A stretch of 64,000 nt of DNA from Eledone cirrhosa (lineage: Eukaryota), in assembly GCA_964016885.1 (NCBI GenBank), contig OZ024761.1, positions 7,936,001 through 8,000,000 on the forward strand, read 5' to 3'. The number at the start of each line of letters is the position of its first letter. Position 1 is the stretch's first letter. The notes beneath the pieces are model-generated. The model had not been told where the DNA came from, did no database searches, and saw only the letters and a list, made by a program, of their open reading frames with translations. This document shows, in pieces, positions 15,001-30,000 of this stretch. A program made the translations under genes and the position numbers.

Positions 15001-18000
15001 TCATCTGTGGCACTGGAATGCATACATGTTAGGACGAGTTAGCTCATCTGTGGCACTGGAATGCATACATGTTAGGATGAGTTATCTCATCTGTGGCACT
15101 GGAATGCATACATGTTAGGACGAGTTATCTCATCTGTGGCACTGGAATGCATACATGTTAGGATGAGTTATCTCATCTGTGGCACTGGAATGCATACATA
15201 TTAGGATGAGTTATCTCATCTGTGGCACTGGAATGCATACATATTAGGATGAGTTATCTCATCTGTGGCACTGGAATGCATACATGTTAGGACGAGTTAG
15301 CTCATCTGTGACACTGGAATGCATACATGTTAGGATGAGTTATCTCATCTGTGGCACTGGAATGCATACATGTTAGGACGAGTTAGTTCATCTGTGGCAC
15401 TGGATTGCATACATGTTAGGACGAGTTAGCTCATCTGTGGCACTGGAATGCATACATATTAGGACGAGTTATCTCATCTGTGGCACTGGAATGTATACAT
15501 ATTAGGATGAGTTATCTCATCTGTGGCACTGGAATGCATACATGTTAGGACGAGTTAGCTCATCTGTGACACTGGAATGCATACATGTTAGGATGAGTTA
15601 TCTCATCTGTGGCAGTGGAATGCATACATGTTAGGACGAGTTATCTCATCTGTGGCACTGGAATGCATACATGTTAGGACGAGTTAGCTCATCTGTGACA
15701 CTGGAATGCATACATACTAGGATGAGTTATCTCATCTGTTGCACTGGAATGCATACATGTTAGGATGAGTTATCTCATCTGTGGCACTGGAATGCATACA
15801 TGTTAGGATGAGTTACCTCAACTGTGGCACTGGAATGCATACATGTTAGGATGAGTTATCTCATCTGTGGCACTGGAATGCATACATGTTAGGACGAGTT
15901 ATCTCATCTGTGGCACTGGAATGCATACATGTTAGAACGAGTTATCTCATCTGTGGCACTGGAATGCATACATGTTAGGACGAGTTAGCTCATCTGTGAC
16001 ACTGGAATGCATACATATTAGGATGAGTTATCTCATCTGTGGCACTGGAATGCATACATGTTAGGACGAGTTAGCTCATCTGTGGCACTAGAATGCATAC
16101 ATATTAGGATGAGTTATCTCATCTGTGGCACTGGAATGCATACATGTTAGGATGAGTTATCTCATCTGTGGCACTGGAATGCATACATGTTAGAACGAGT
16201 TATCTCATCTGTGGCACTGGAATGCATACATGTTAGGATGAGTTATCTCATCTGTGGCACTGGAATGCATGCATGTTAGGACGAGTTATCTCATCTGTGG
16301 CACTGGAATGCATGCATGTTAGGACGAGTTATCTCATATGTGGCACTGGAATGCATACATATTAGGATGAGTTATCTCATCTGTGGTACTGGAATGCATA
16401 CATATTAGGATGAGTTATCTCATCTGTGGCACTGGAATGCATACATGTTAGAACGAGTTATCTTATCTGTGGCACTGGAATGCATACATGTTAAGATGAG
16501 TTATCTCATCTGTGGCACTGGAATGCATACATATTAGGACGGGTTATCTCATCTGTGGCACTGGAATGCATACATATTAGGACGAGTTATCTCATCTGTG
16601 GCACTGGAATGCATACATATTAGGATGAGTTATCTCATCTGTGGCACTGGAATGCATACATATTAGGATGAGTTATCTCATCTGTGGCACTGGAATGCAT
16701 ACATGTTAGGACGAGTTATCTCATCTGTGGCACTGGGATGCATACATGTTAGGATGAGTTATCTCATCTGTGGCACTGGAATGCATACATGTTAGGACGA
16801 GTTATCTCATCTGTGGCACTGGAATGCATACATGTTAGGACGAGTTATCTCATCTGTGGCACTGGAATGCATACATATTAGGACGAGTTATCTCATCTGT
16901 GGCACTGGAATGCATACATATTAGGAAGAGTTATCTCATCTGTGGCACTGGAATGCATACATATTAGGATGAGTTATCTCATCTGTGGCACTGCAATGCA
17001 TACATATTCGGATGAGTTATCTCATCTGTGGCACTGGAATGCATACATGTTAGGATGAGTTATCTCATCTGTGGCACTGGAATGCATACATATTAGGACG
17101 AGTTATCTCATCTGTGGCACTGGAATGCATACATATTAGGACGAGTTATCTCATCTGTGGCACTGAAATGCATACATATTAGGACGAGTTATCTCATCTG
17201 TGGCACTGGAATGCATACATATTAGGATGAGTTATCTCATCTGTGGCACTGGAATGCATACATATTAGGATGAGTTATCTCATCTGTGGCACTGGAATGC
17301 ATACATGTTAGGATGAGTTATCTCATCTGTGGCACTGGAATGCATACATATTAGGACGAGTTGGCTCATCTGTGGCACTGGAATGCATACATGTTAGGAT
17401 GAATTATCTCATCTGTGGCACTGGAATGCATACATGTTAGGACGAGTTATCTCATCTGTGGCACTGGAATGCATACATGTTAGGACGAGTTATCTCATCT
17501 GTGGCACTGGAATGCATACATGTTAGGACGAGTTATCTCATCTGTGGCACTGGAATGCATACATGTTAGGACGAGTTATCTCATCTGTGGCACTGGAATG
17601 CATACATATTAGGAAGAGTTATCTCATCTGTGGCACTGGAATGCATACATATTAGGATGAGTTATCTCATCTGTGGCACTGCAATGCATACATATTCGGA
17701 TGAGTTATCTCATCTGTGGCACTGGAATGCATACATGTTAGGATGAGTTATCTCATCTGTGGCACTGGAATGCATACATATTAGGACGAGTTATCTCATC
17801 TGTGGCACTGGAATGCATACATATTAGGACGAGTTATCTCATCTGTGGCACTGGAATGCATACATATTAGGACGAGTTATCTCATCTGTGGCACTGGAAT
17901 GCATACATATTAGGACGAGTTATCTCATCTGTGGCACTGGAATGCATACATATTAGGATGAGTTATCTCATCTGTGGCACTGGAATGCATACATGTTAGG

Positions 18001-21000
18001 ATGAGTTATCTCATCTGTGGCACTGGAATGCATACATATTAGGACGAGTTGGCTCATCTGTGGCACTGGAATGCATACATGTTAGGATGAGTTATCTCAT
18101 CTGTGGCACTGGAATGCATACATGTTAGGACGAGATATCTCATCTGTGGCACTGGAATGCATACATGTTAGGACGAGTTATCTCATCTGTGGCACTGGAA
18201 TGCATACATGTTAGGACGAGTTATCTCATCTGTGGCACTGGAATGCATACATATTAGGACGAGTTATCTCATCTGTGGCACTGGAATGCGTACATATTAG
18301 GACGAGTTATCTCATCTGTGACACTGGAATGCATACATATTAGGACGAGTTATCTCATCTGTGGCACTGGAATGCATACATATTAGGACGAGTTATCTCA
18401 TCTGTGGCACTGGAATGCATACATGTTAGGACGAGTTATCTCATCTGTGGCACTGGAATGCATACATGTTAAGATGAGTTATCTCATCTGTGGCACTGGA
18501 ATGCATACATATTAGGATGAGTTATCTCATCTGTGGCACTGGAATGCATACATATTAGGATGAGTTATCTCATCTGTGGCACTGGAATGCATACATGTTA
18601 GGATGAGTTATCTCATCTGTGGCACTGGAATGCATACATATTAGGACGAGTTATCTCATCTGTGGCACTGGAATGCATACATATTAGGACGAGTTATCTC
18701 ATCTGTGGCACTGAAATGCATACATGTTAGGATGAGTTATCTCATCTTTGGCACTGGAATGCATACATGTTAGGATGAGTCATCTCATCTGTGGCACTGG
18801 AATGCATACATGTTAGGATGAGTTATCTCATCTGTGGCACTGGAATGCATACATATTAGGACGAGTTATCTCATCTGTGGCACTGGAATGCATACATATT
18901 AGGACGAGTTATCTCATCTGTGGCACTGGAATGCATACGTATTAGGACGAGTTATCTCATCTGTGGCACTGGAATGCATACATATTAGGATGAGTTATCT
19001 CATCTGTGGCACTGGAATGCATACATATTAGGATGAGTTATCTCATCTGTGGCACTGGAATGCATACATGTTAGGACGAGTTATCTCATCTGTGGCACTG
19101 GAATGCATACATATTAGGACGAGTTATCTCATCTGTGGCACTGGAATGCATACATGTTAGGACGAGTTATCTCATCTGTGGCACTGGAATGCATACATGT
19201 TAGGACGAGTTATCTCATCTGTGGCACTGGAATGCATACATTTTAGGACGAGTTATCTCATCTGTGGCACTGGAATGCATACATGTTAGGACGAGTTATC
19301 TCATCTGTGGCACTGGAATGCATACATGTTAGGACGAGTTATCTCATCTGTGGCACTGGAATGCATACATGTTAGGACGAGTTATCTCATCTGTGGCACT
19401 GGAATGCATACATGTTAGGACGAGTTATCTCATCTGTGGCACTGGAATGCATACATGTTAGGACGAGTTATCTCATCTGTGGCACTGGAATGCATACATG
19501 TTAGGACGAGTTATCTCATCTGTGGCACTGGAATGCATACATGTTAGGACGAGTTATCTCATCTGTGGCACTGGAATGCATACATATTAGGATGAGTTGT
19601 CTCATATGTGGCACTGGAATGCATACATATTAGGATCAGTTATCTCATCTGTGGCACTGGAATGCATACATGTTAGGATGAGTTATCTCATCTGTGGCAC
19701 TGGAATGCATACATATTAGGACGAGTTATCTCATCTGTGGCACTGGAATGCATACATATTAGGACGAGTTATCTCACCTGTGGCACTGGAATGCATACAT
19801 ATTAGGACGAGTTATCTCATCTGTGGCACTGGAATGCATACATATTAGGACGAGTTATCTCATCTGTGGCACTGGAATGCATACATATTAGGATGAGTTA
19901 TCTCATCTGTGGCACTGGAATGCATACATATTAGGACGAGTTATCTCATCTGTGGCACTGGAATGCATACATATTAGGATGAGTTATCTCATCTGTGGCA
20001 CTGGAATGCATACATGTTAGAACAAGTTATCTCATCTGTGGCACTGGAATGCATACATATTAGGATGAGTTATCTCATCTGTGGCACTGGAATGCATACA
20101 TGTTAGGATGAGTTATCTCATCTGTGGCACTGGAATGCATACATATTAGGACGAGTTATCTCATCTGTGGCACTGAAATGCATACATGTTAGGATGAGTT
20201 ATCTCATCTGTGGCACTGGAATGCATATATATTAGGACGAGTTATCTCATTTGTGGCACTGGAATGCATACATATTAGGACGAGTTATCTCATCTGTGGC
20301 ACTGGAATGCATACATATTAGGACGAGTTATCTCATCTGTGGCACTGGAATGCATACATATTAGGACGAGTTATCTCATCTGTGGCACTGGAATGCATAC
20401 GTATTAGGACGAGTTATCTCATCTGTGGCACTGGAATGCATACATATTAGGACGAGTTATCTCATCTGTGGCACTGGAATGCATACATATTAGGACGAGT
20501 TATCTCATCTGTGGCACTGGAATGCATACATATTAGGACGAGTTATCTCATCTGTGGCACTGGAATGCATACATATTAGGACGAGTTATCTCATCTGTGG
20601 CACTGGAATGCATACATATTAGGATGAGTTATCTCATCTGTGGCACTGGAATGCATACATGTTAGGATGAGTTATCTCATCTGTGGCACTGGAATGCATA
20701 CATATTAGGACGAGTTATCTCATCTGTGGCACTGGAATGCATACATATTAGGATGAGTTATCTCATCTGTGGCACTGGAATGCATACATATTAGGAAGAG
20801 TTATCTCATCTGTGGCACTGGAATGCATACATATTAGGATGAGTTATCTCATCTGTGGCACTGCAATGCATACATATTCGGATGAGTTATCTCATCTGTG
20901 GCACTGGAATGCATACATGTTAGGATGAGTTATCTCATCTGTGGCACTGGAATGCATACATATTAGGACGAGTTATCTCATCTGTGGCACTGGAATGCAT

Positions 21001-24000
21001 ACATATTAGGACGAGTTATCTCATCTGTGGCACTGGAATGCATACATATTAGGACGAGTTATCTCATCTGTGGCACTGGAATGCATACATATTAGGACGA
21101 GTTATCTCATCTGTGGCACTGGAATGCATACATATTAGGATGAGTTATCTCATCTGTGGCACTGGAATGCATACATGTTAGGATGAGTTATCTCATCTGT
21201 GGCACTGGAATGCATACATATTAGGACGAGTTGGCTCATCTGTGGCACTGGAATGCATACATGTTAGGATGAGTTATCTCATCTGTGGCACTGGAATGCA
21301 TACATGTTAGGACGAGTTATCTCATCTGTGGCACTGGAATGCATACATGTTAGGACGAGTTATCTCATCTGTGGCACTGGAATGCATACATGTTAGGACG
21401 AGTTATCTCATCTGTGGCACTGGAATGCATACATGTTAGGACGAGTTATCTCATCTGTGGCACTGGAATGCGTACATATTAGGACGAGTTATCTCATCTG
21501 TGACACTGGAATGCATACATATTAGGACGAGTTATCTCATCTGTGGCACTGGAATGCATACATATTAGGACGAGTTATCTCATCTGTGGCACTGGAATGC
21601 ATACATGTTAGGACGAGTTATCTCATCTGTGGCACTGGAATGCATACATGTTAAGATGAGTTATCTCATCTGTGGCACTGGAATGCATACATATTAGGAT
21701 GAGTTATCTCATCTGTGGCACTGGAATGCATACATATTAGGATGAGTTATCTCATCTGTGGCACTGGAATGCATACATGTTAGGATGAGTTATCTCATCT
21801 GTGGCACTGGAATGCATACATATTAGGACGAGTTATCTCATCTGTGGCACTGGAATGCATACATATTAGGACGAGTTATCTCATCTGTGGCACTGAAATG
21901 CATACATGTTAGGATGAGTTATCTCATCTTTGGCACTGGAATGCATACATGTTAGGATGAGTCATCTCATCTGTGGCACTGGAATGCATACATGTTAGGA
22001 TGAGTTATCTCATCTGTGGCACTGGAATGCATACATATTAGGACGAGTTATCTCATCTGTGGCACTGGAATGCATACATATTAGGACGAGTTATCTCATC
22101 TGTGGCACTGGAATGCATACGTATTAGGACGAGTTATCTCATCTGTGGCACTGGAATGCATACATATTAGGATGAGTTATCTCATCTGTGGCACTGGAAT
22201 GCATACATATTAGGATGAGTTATCTCATCTGTGGCACTGGAATGCATACATGTTAGGACGAGTTATCTCATCTGTGGCACTGGAATGCATACATATTAGG
22301 ACGAGTTATCTCATCTGTGGCACTGGAATGCATACATGTTAGGACGAGTTATCTCATCTGTGGCACTGGAATGCATACATGTTAGGACGAGTTATCTCAT
22401 CTGTGGCACTGGAATGCATACATTTTAGGACGAGTTATCTCATCTGTGGCACTGGAATGCATACATGTTAGGACGAGTTATCTCATCTGTGGCACTGGAA
22501 TGCATACATGTTAGGACGAGTTATCTCATCTGTGGCACTGGAATGCATACATGTTAGGACGAGTTATCTCATCTGTGGCACTGGAATGCATACATGTTAG
22601 GACGAGTTATCTCATCTGTGGCACTGGAATGCATACATGTTAGGACGAGTTATCTCATCTGTGGCACTGGAATGCATACATGTTAGGACGAGTTATCTCA
22701 TCTGTGGCACTGGAATGCATACATGTTAGGACGAGTTATCTCATCTGTGGCACTGGAATGCATACATATTAGGATGAGTTGTCTCATATGTGGCACTGGA
22801 ATGCATACATATTAGGATCAGTTATCTCATCTGTGGCACTGGAATGCATACATGTTAGGATGAGTTATTTCATCTGTGGCACTGGAATGCATACATATTA
22901 GGACGAGTTATCTCATCTGTGGCACTGGAATGCATACATATTAGGACGAGTTATCTCACCTGTGGCACTGGAATGCATACATATTAGGACGAGTTATCTC
23001 ATCTGTGGCACTGGAATGCATACATATTAGGACGAGTTATCTCATCTGTGGCACTGGAATGCATACATATTAGGATGAGTTATCTCATCTGTGGCACTGG
23101 AATGCATACATATTAGGACGAGTTATCTCATCTGTGGCACTGGAATGCATACATATTAGGATGAGTTATCTCATCTGTGGCACTGGAATGCATACATGTT
23201 AGAACAAGTTATCTCATCTGTGGCACTGGAATGCATACATATTAGGATGAGTTATCTCATCTGTGGCACTGGAATGCATACATGTTAGGATGAGTTATCT
23301 CATCTGTGGCACTGGAATGCATACATATTAGGACGAGTTATCTCATCTGTGGCACTGAAATGCATACATGTTAGGATGAGTTATCTCATCTGTGGCACTG
23401 GAATGCATATATATTAGGACGAGTTATCTCATTTGTGGCACTGGAATGCATACATATTAGGACGAGTTATCTCATCTGTGGCACTGGAATGCATACATAT
23501 TAGGACGAGTTATCTCATCTGTGGCACTGGAATGCATACATATTAGGACGAGTTATCTCATCTGTGGCACTGGAATGCATACGTATTAGGACGAGTTATC
23601 TCATCTGTGGCACTGGAATGCATACATATTAGGACGAGTTATCTCATCTGTGGCACTGGAATGCATACATATTAGGACGAGTTATCTCATCTGTGGCACT
23701 GGAATGCATACATATTAGGACGAGTTATCTCATCTGTGGCACTGGAATGCATACATATTAGGACGAGTTATCTCATCTGTGGCACTGGAATGCATACATA
23801 TTAGGATGAGTTATCTCATCTGTGGCACTGGAATGCATACATGTTAGGATGAGTTATCTCATCTGTGGCACTGGAATGCATACATATTAGGACGAGTTGG
23901 CTCATCTGTGGCACTGGAATGCATACATGTTAGGATGAGTTATCTCATCTGTGGCACTGGAATGCATACATGTTAGGACGAGTTATCTCATCTGTGGCAC

Positions 24001-27000
24001 TGGAATGCATACATGTTAGGACGAGTTATCTCATCTGTGGCACTGGAATGCATACATGTTAGGACGAGTTATCTCATCTGTGGCACTGGAATGCATACAT
24101 ATTAGGACGAGTTATCTCATCTGTGGCACTGGAATGCGTACATATTAGGACGAGTTATCTCATCTGTGACACTGGAATGCATACATATTAGGACGAGTTA
24201 TCTCATCTGTGGCACTGGAATGCATACATATTAGGACGAGTTATCTCATCTGTGGCACTGGAATGCATACATGTTAGGACGAGTTATCTCATCTGTGGCA
24301 CTGGAATGCATACATGTTAGGATGAGTTATCTCATCTGTGGCACTGGAGTGCATACATATTAGGATGAGTTATCTCATCTGTGGCACTGGAATGCATACA
24401 TATTAGGATGAGTTATCTCATCTGTGGCACTGGAATGCATACATGTTAGGATGAGTTATCTCATCTGTGGCACTGGAATGCATACATATTAGGACGAGTT
24501 ATCTCATCTGTGGCACTGGAATGCATACATATTAGGACGAGTTATCTCATCTGTGGCACTGAAATGCATACATGTTAGGATGAGTTATCTCATCTTTGGC
24601 ACTGGAATGCATACATGTTAGGATGAGTCATCTCATCTGTGGCACTGGAATGCATACATGTTAGGATGAGTTATCTCATCTGTGGCACTGGAATGCATAC
24701 ATATTAGGACGAGTTATCTCATCTGTGGCACTGGAATGCATACATATTAGGACGAGTTATCTCATCTGTGGCACTGGAATGCATACGTATTAGGACGAGT
24801 TATCTCATCTGTGGCACTGGAATGCATACATATTAGGATGAGTTATCTCATCTGTGGCACTGGAATGCATACATATTAGGATGAGTTATCTCATCTGTGG
24901 CACTGGAATGCATACATGTTAGGACGAGTTATCTCATCTGTGGCACTGGAATGCATACATATTAGGACGAGTTATCTCATCTGTGGCACTGGAATGCATA
25001 CATGTTAGGACGAGTTATCTCATCTGTGGCACTGGAATGCATACATGTTAGGACGAGTTATCTCATCTGTGGCACTGGAATGCATACATGTTAGGACGAG
25101 TTATCTCATCTGTGGCACTGGAATGCATACATGTTAGGACGAGTTATCTCATCTGTGGCACTGGAATGCATACATGTTAGGACGAGTTATCTCATCTGTG
25201 GCACTGGAATGCATACATGTTAGGACGAGTTATCTCATCTGTGGCACTGGAATGCATACATGTTAGGACGAGTTATCTCATCTGTGGTACTGGAATGCAT
25301 ACATGTTAGGACGAGTTATCTCATCTGTGGCACTGGAATGCATACATGTTAGGATGAGTTATCTCATCTGTGGCACTGGAATGCATACATATTAGGACGA
25401 GTTATCTCATCTGTGGCACTGAAATGCATACATGTTAGGATGAGTTATCTCATCTGTGGCACTGGAATGCATATATATTAGGACGAGTTATCTCATTTGT
25501 GGCACTGGAATGCATACATATTAGGACGAGTTATCTCATCTGTGGCACTGGAATGCATACATATTAGGACGAGTTATCTCATCTGTGGCACTGGAATGCA
25601 TACATATTAGGACGAGTTATCTCATCTGTGGCACTGGAATGCATACGTATTAGGACGAGTTATCTCATCTGTGGCACTGGAATGCATACATATTAGGATG
25701 AGTTATCTCATCTGTGGCACTGGAATGCATACATATTAGGATGAGTTATCTCATCTGTGGCACTGGAATGCATACATGTTAGGACGAGTTATCTCATCTG
25801 TGGCACTGGAATGCATACATATTAGGACGAGTTATCTCATCTGTGGCACTGGAATGCATACATGTTAGGACGAGTTATCTCATCTGTGGCACTGGAATGC
25901 ATACATGTTAGGACGAGTTATCTCATCTGTGGCACTGGAATGCATACATGTTAGGACGAGTTATCTCATCTGTGGCACTGGAATGCATACATGTTAGGAC
26001 GAGTTATCTCATCTGTGGCACTGGAATGCATACATGTTAGGACGAGTTATCTCATCTGTGGCACTGGAATGCATACATGTTAGGACGAGTTATCTCATCT
26101 GTGGCACTGGAATGCATACATGTTAGGACGAGTTATCTCATCTGTGGCACTGGAATGCATACATGTTAGGACGAGTTATCTCATCTGTGGCACTGGAATG
26201 CATACATGTTAGGACGAGTTATCTCATCTGTGGCACTGGAATGCATACATGTTAGGACGAGTTATCTCATCTGTGGCACTGGAATGCATACATATTAGGA
26301 TGAGTTATCTCATCTGTGGCACTGGAATGCATACATATTAGGATCAGTTATCTCATCTGTGGCACTGGAATGCATACATGTTAGGATGAGTTATCTCATC
26401 TGTGGCACTGGAATGCATACATATTAGGACGAGTTATCTCATCTGTGGCACTGGAATGCATACATATTAGGACGAGTTATCTCATCTGTGGCACTGGAAT
26501 GCATACATATTAGGACGAGTTATCTCATCTGTGGCACTGGAATGCATACATATTAGGACAAGTTATCTCATCTGTGGCACTGGAATGCATACATATTAGG
26601 ATGAGTTATCTCATCTGTGGCACTGGAATGCATACATATTAGGACGAGTTATCTCATCTGTGGCACTGGAATGCATACATATTAGGATGAGTTATCTCAT
26701 CTGTGGCACTGGAATGCATACATGTTAGAACAAGTTATCTCATCTGTGGCACTGGAATGCATACATATTAGGATGAGTTATCTCATCTGTGGCACTGGAA
26801 TGCATACATGTTAGGATGAGTTATCTCATCTGTGGCACTGGAATGCATACATATTAGGACGAGTTATCTCATCTGTGGCACTGGAATGCATACATGTTAG
26901 GACGAGTTATCTCATCTGTGGCACTGGAATGCATACATGTTAGGACGAGTTATCTCATCTGTGGCACTGGAATGCATACATTTTAGGACGAGTTATCTCA

Positions 27001-30000
27001 TCTGTGGCACTGGAATGCATACATGTTAGGACGAGTTATCTCATCTGTGGCACTGGAATGCATACATGTTAGGACGAGTTATCTCATCTGTGGCACTGGA
27101 ATGCATACATGTTAGGACGAGTTATCTCATCTGTGGCACTGGAATGCATACATGTTAGGACGAGTTATCTCATCTGTGGCACTGGAATGCATACATGTTA
27201 GGACGAGTTATCTCATCTGTGGCACTGGAATGCATACATGTTAGGACGAGTTATCTCATCTGTGGCACTGGAATGCATACATGTTAGGACGAGTTATCTC
27301 ATCTGTGGCACTGGAATGCATACATATTAGGATGAGTTGTCTCATATGTGGCACTGGAATGCATACATATTAGGATCAGTTATCTCATCTGTGGCACTGG
27401 AATGCATACATGTTAGGATGAGTTATTTCATCTGTGGCACTGGAATGCATACATATTAGGACGAGTTATCTCATCTGTGGCACTGGAATGCATACATATT
27501 AGGACGAGTTATCTCACCTGTGGCACTGGAATGCATACATATTAGGACGAGTTATCTCATCTGTGGCACTGGAATGCATACATATTAGGACGAGTTATCT
27601 CATCTGTGGCACTGGAATGCATACATATTAGGATGAGTTATCTCATCTGTGGCACTGGAATGCATACATATTAGGACGAGTTATCTCATCTGTGGCACTG
27701 GAATGCATACATATTAGGATGAGTTATCTCATCTGTGGCACTGGAATGCATACATGTTAGAACAAGTTATCTCATCTGTGGCACTGGAATGCATACATAT
27801 TAGGATGAGTTATCTCATCTGTGGCACTGGAATGCATACATGTTAGGATGAGTTATCTCATCTGTGGCACTGGAATGCATACATATTAGGACGAGTTATC
27901 TCATCTGTGGCACTGAAATGCATACATGTTAGGATGAGTTATCTCATCTGTGGCACTGGAATGCATATATATTAGGACGAGTTATCTCATTTGTGGCACT
28001 GGAATGCATACATATTAGGACGAGTTATCTCATCTGTGGCACTGGAATGCATACATATTAGGACGAGTTATCTCATCTGTGGCACTGGAATGCATACATA
28101 TTAGGACGAGTTATCTCATCTGTGGCACTGGAATGCATACGTATTAGGACGAGTTATCTCATCTGTGGCACTGGAATGCATACATATTAGGACGAGTTAT
28201 CTCATCTGTGGCACTGGAATGCATACATATTAGGACGAGTTATCTCATCTGTGGCACTGGAATGCATACATATTAGGACGAGTTATCTCATCTGTGGCAC
28301 TGGAATGCATACATATTAGGACGAGTTATCTCATCTGTGGCACTGGAATGCATACATATTAGGATGAGTTATCTCATCTGTGGCACTGGAATGCATACAT
28401 GTTAGGATGAGTTATCTCATCTGTGGCACTGGAATGCATACATATTAGGACGAGTTGGCTCATCTGTGGCACTGGAATGCATACATGTTAGGATGAGTTA
28501 TCTCATCTGTGGCACTGGAATGCATACATGTTAGGACGAGTTATCTCATCTGTGGCACTGGAATGCATACATGTTAGGACGAGTTATCTCATCTGTGGCA
28601 CTGGAATGCATACATGTTAGGACGAGTTATCTCATCTGTGGCACTGGAATGCATACATATTAGGACGAGTTATCTCATCTGTGGCACTGGAATGCGTACA
28701 TATTAGGACGAGTTATCTCATCTGTGACACTGGAATGCATACATATTAGGACGAGTTATCTCATCTGTGGCACTGGAATGCATACATATTAGGACGAGTT
28801 ATCTCATCTGTGGCACTGGAATGCATACATGTTAGGACGAGTTATCTCATCTGTGGCACTGGAATGCATACATGTTAGGATGAGTTATCTCATCTGTGGC
28901 ACTGGAGTGCATACATATTAGGATGAGTTATCTCATCTGTGGCACTGGAATGCATACATATTAGGATGAGTTATCTCATCTGTGGCACTGGAATGCATAC
29001 ATGTTAGGATGAGTTATCTCATCTGTGGCACTGGAATGCATACATATTAGGACGAGTTATCTCATCTGTGGCACTGGAATGCATACATATTAGGACGAGT
29101 TATCTCATCTGTGGCACTGAAATGCATACATGTTAGGATGAGTTATCTCATCTTTGGCACTGGAATGCATACATGTTAGGATGAGTCATCTCATCTGTGG
29201 CACTGGAATGCATACATGTTAGGATGAGTTATCTCATCTGTGGCACTGGAATGCATACATATTAGGACGAGTTATCTCATCTGTGGCACTGGAATGCATA
29301 CATATTAGGACGAGTTATCTCATCTGTGGCACTGGAATGCATACGTATTAGGACGAGTTATCTCATCTGTGGCACTGGAATGCATACATATTAGGATGAG
29401 TTATCTCATCTGTGGCACTGGAATGCATACATATTAGGATGAGTTATCTCATCTGTGGCACTGGAATGCATACATGTTAGGACGAGTTATCTCATCTGTG
29501 GCACTGGAATGCATACATATTAGGACGAGTTATCTCATCTGTGGCACTGGAATGCATACATGTTAGGACGAGTTATCTCATCTGTGGCACTGGAATGCAT
29601 ACATGTTAGGACGAGTTATCTCATCTGTGGCACTGGAATGCATACATGTTAGGACGAGTTATCTCATCTGTGGCACTGGAATGCATACATGTTAGGACGA
29701 GTTATCTCATCTGTGGCACTGGAATGCATACATGTTAGGACGAGTTATCTCATCTGTGGCACTGGAATGCATACATGTTAGGACGAGTTATCTCATCTGT
29801 GGCACTGGAATGCATACATGTTAGGACGAGTTATCTCATCTGTGGCACTGGAATGCATACATGTTAGGACGAGTTATCTCATCTGTGGCACTGGAATGCA
29901 TACATGTTAGGATGAGTTATCTCATCTGTGGCACTGGAATGCATACATATTAGGACGAGTTATCTCATCTGTGGCACTGAAATGCATACATGTTAGGATG

